Positions 62,900 through 64,000 of a stretch of 64,000 nucleotides of DNA are shown here, piece after piece. The DNA lies in the NCBI GenBank assembly GCA_047967505.1, contig CM106538.1; one strand, given 5' to 3'. The stretch's first letter is position 1, and each line of letters opens with the position of its first letter. The translations under genes were made by a program, and so were the position numbers. The DNA is from Dipteris shenzhenensis (Eukaryota). A model generated the notes under the pieces. It had not been told where the DNA came from, did not search any database, and saw nothing but the letters and a program-made list of their open reading frames with translations.

Positions 62900-63950
62900 A
62901 CATTGAAGATTTATTTTGCGCTTCACTTTTTGTCATGAACATTACATACTAAATAAAATTCATAAATTGACTCCTCCATGATGGACGATTCAATGCCAAT
63001 TTCAAAATCAAATTTTAAACTCACATGGCGATTCCAAAGTGGGACAAAAGAATGGTGTGTATGTGTAATTTTTTCATCCATGATTATATTTTTCCCTTAG
63101 TTTGTTATGTAGATTGAGCATGGTCAATTGCTTCCACATAATTCTGAATATGCAACTGCAATTCCCGATGATCGGAGTGACGAGAGTGACCAACTCGGGA
63201 TTAGCAATGTTTGCTTCACACTGAGCTCCCATATCTTCTGCACGTATACCCAACTTTGCTGCGATCTCAGGTGAAATGAAATTCCCTCGAGCTCCCGAAT
63301 CAAAGAAACTAAGACACGATTGATCCCTGATCTTTCCCCCAGCCTTGCATTTCCTCTTTATGTTCATGCTTTTCCTCTGAAAAAGCCTTCCTCTTCCGAT
63401 AAGGACATTCATGGGCTTTATGGCCTTCCTGCTTGCAAATAAAACACTTGTGGGCTTCAAACAGTGCCTGCTTCTCCTAGGGAGACAATCGAGGTCGTGA
63501 CAAAGGCTTTCCACGCCTCTGGCCTGCAACAAAGGCTGATTTTGCTGGTTTTTCGAACCACTTAGCCTTTATTAAATCCCTGGCATTACCTTTGTTTCCC
63601 AAGCTGTTTTTGAACCCACTGATCCGTCTGCATCAAAGCATATGCTATATTTGCATTCTCTATGAGTTGGGACAGATTTGTCACCTACGTTTTTGTGCAA
63701 TAATCCCTTCTCTCTTTAGGCAATCCTCAACAGTATTTCTCAACCTGCTCAGAGAAGGGAACCTGACAGTAAGAACTGACAGGTAACAAGGCATCCCAAA
63801 ATCTCTTGTTTTATTCATCCAAATTTCTGCAACCCTCTGCATTAAGCTGATGCACTGAGTCATAATGTCCACTTCAAAACGTGGTCGTCAGCCATGCCAC
63901 CTTAAAAAACTGCTTAAACTTGACCCATGTCGCGGGAGCTTTTCATTGCA
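62900..63950 (-). pseudogene. Ty3/Gypsy gag-protease remnant
   Basis: FFDSGARGNFISPEIAAKLGI is an aspartic protease motif (ORF 63074-63532). Boundaries approximate. Confidence 0.7.
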
Positions 63951-64000
63951 AAAGTAAATTAGTCTACCAGTGAAGGGCATTACCCTTCAAGAAAGTGGCA

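Overview
Eukaryotic, transposon-saturated land-plant DNA. The lineage cannot be fixed from sequence alone. I find one intact host gene, a 3-exon R2R3-MYB transcription factor (13879-15080, +) with atypical recognition-helix residues, sitting in a CpG-rich island between two related CACTA elements. The rest is mostly mobile DNA: a ~9.9-kb CACTA (15423-25345) whose TnpD-like and second gene are divergently oriented around a central cluster of the same palindrome found at both ends; a deleted sister copy; a mirror-image relative at ~37.3-40.3 kb; a full-length but decayed L1-type LINE with poly-A and a 14-bp TSD (54980-61430); a 5'-inverted (twin-priming-type) retroposon whose ORF1-like sequence runs straight into poly-A (46452-47080); several Copia and Gypsy remnants; foldback MITEs; a WD40 (JINGUBANG-like) pseudogene fragment; and a near-perfect 660-bp tandem duplication upstream of the MYB. 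I saw no rRNA, tRNA or CRISPR features. All alignments and translations were done by eye.
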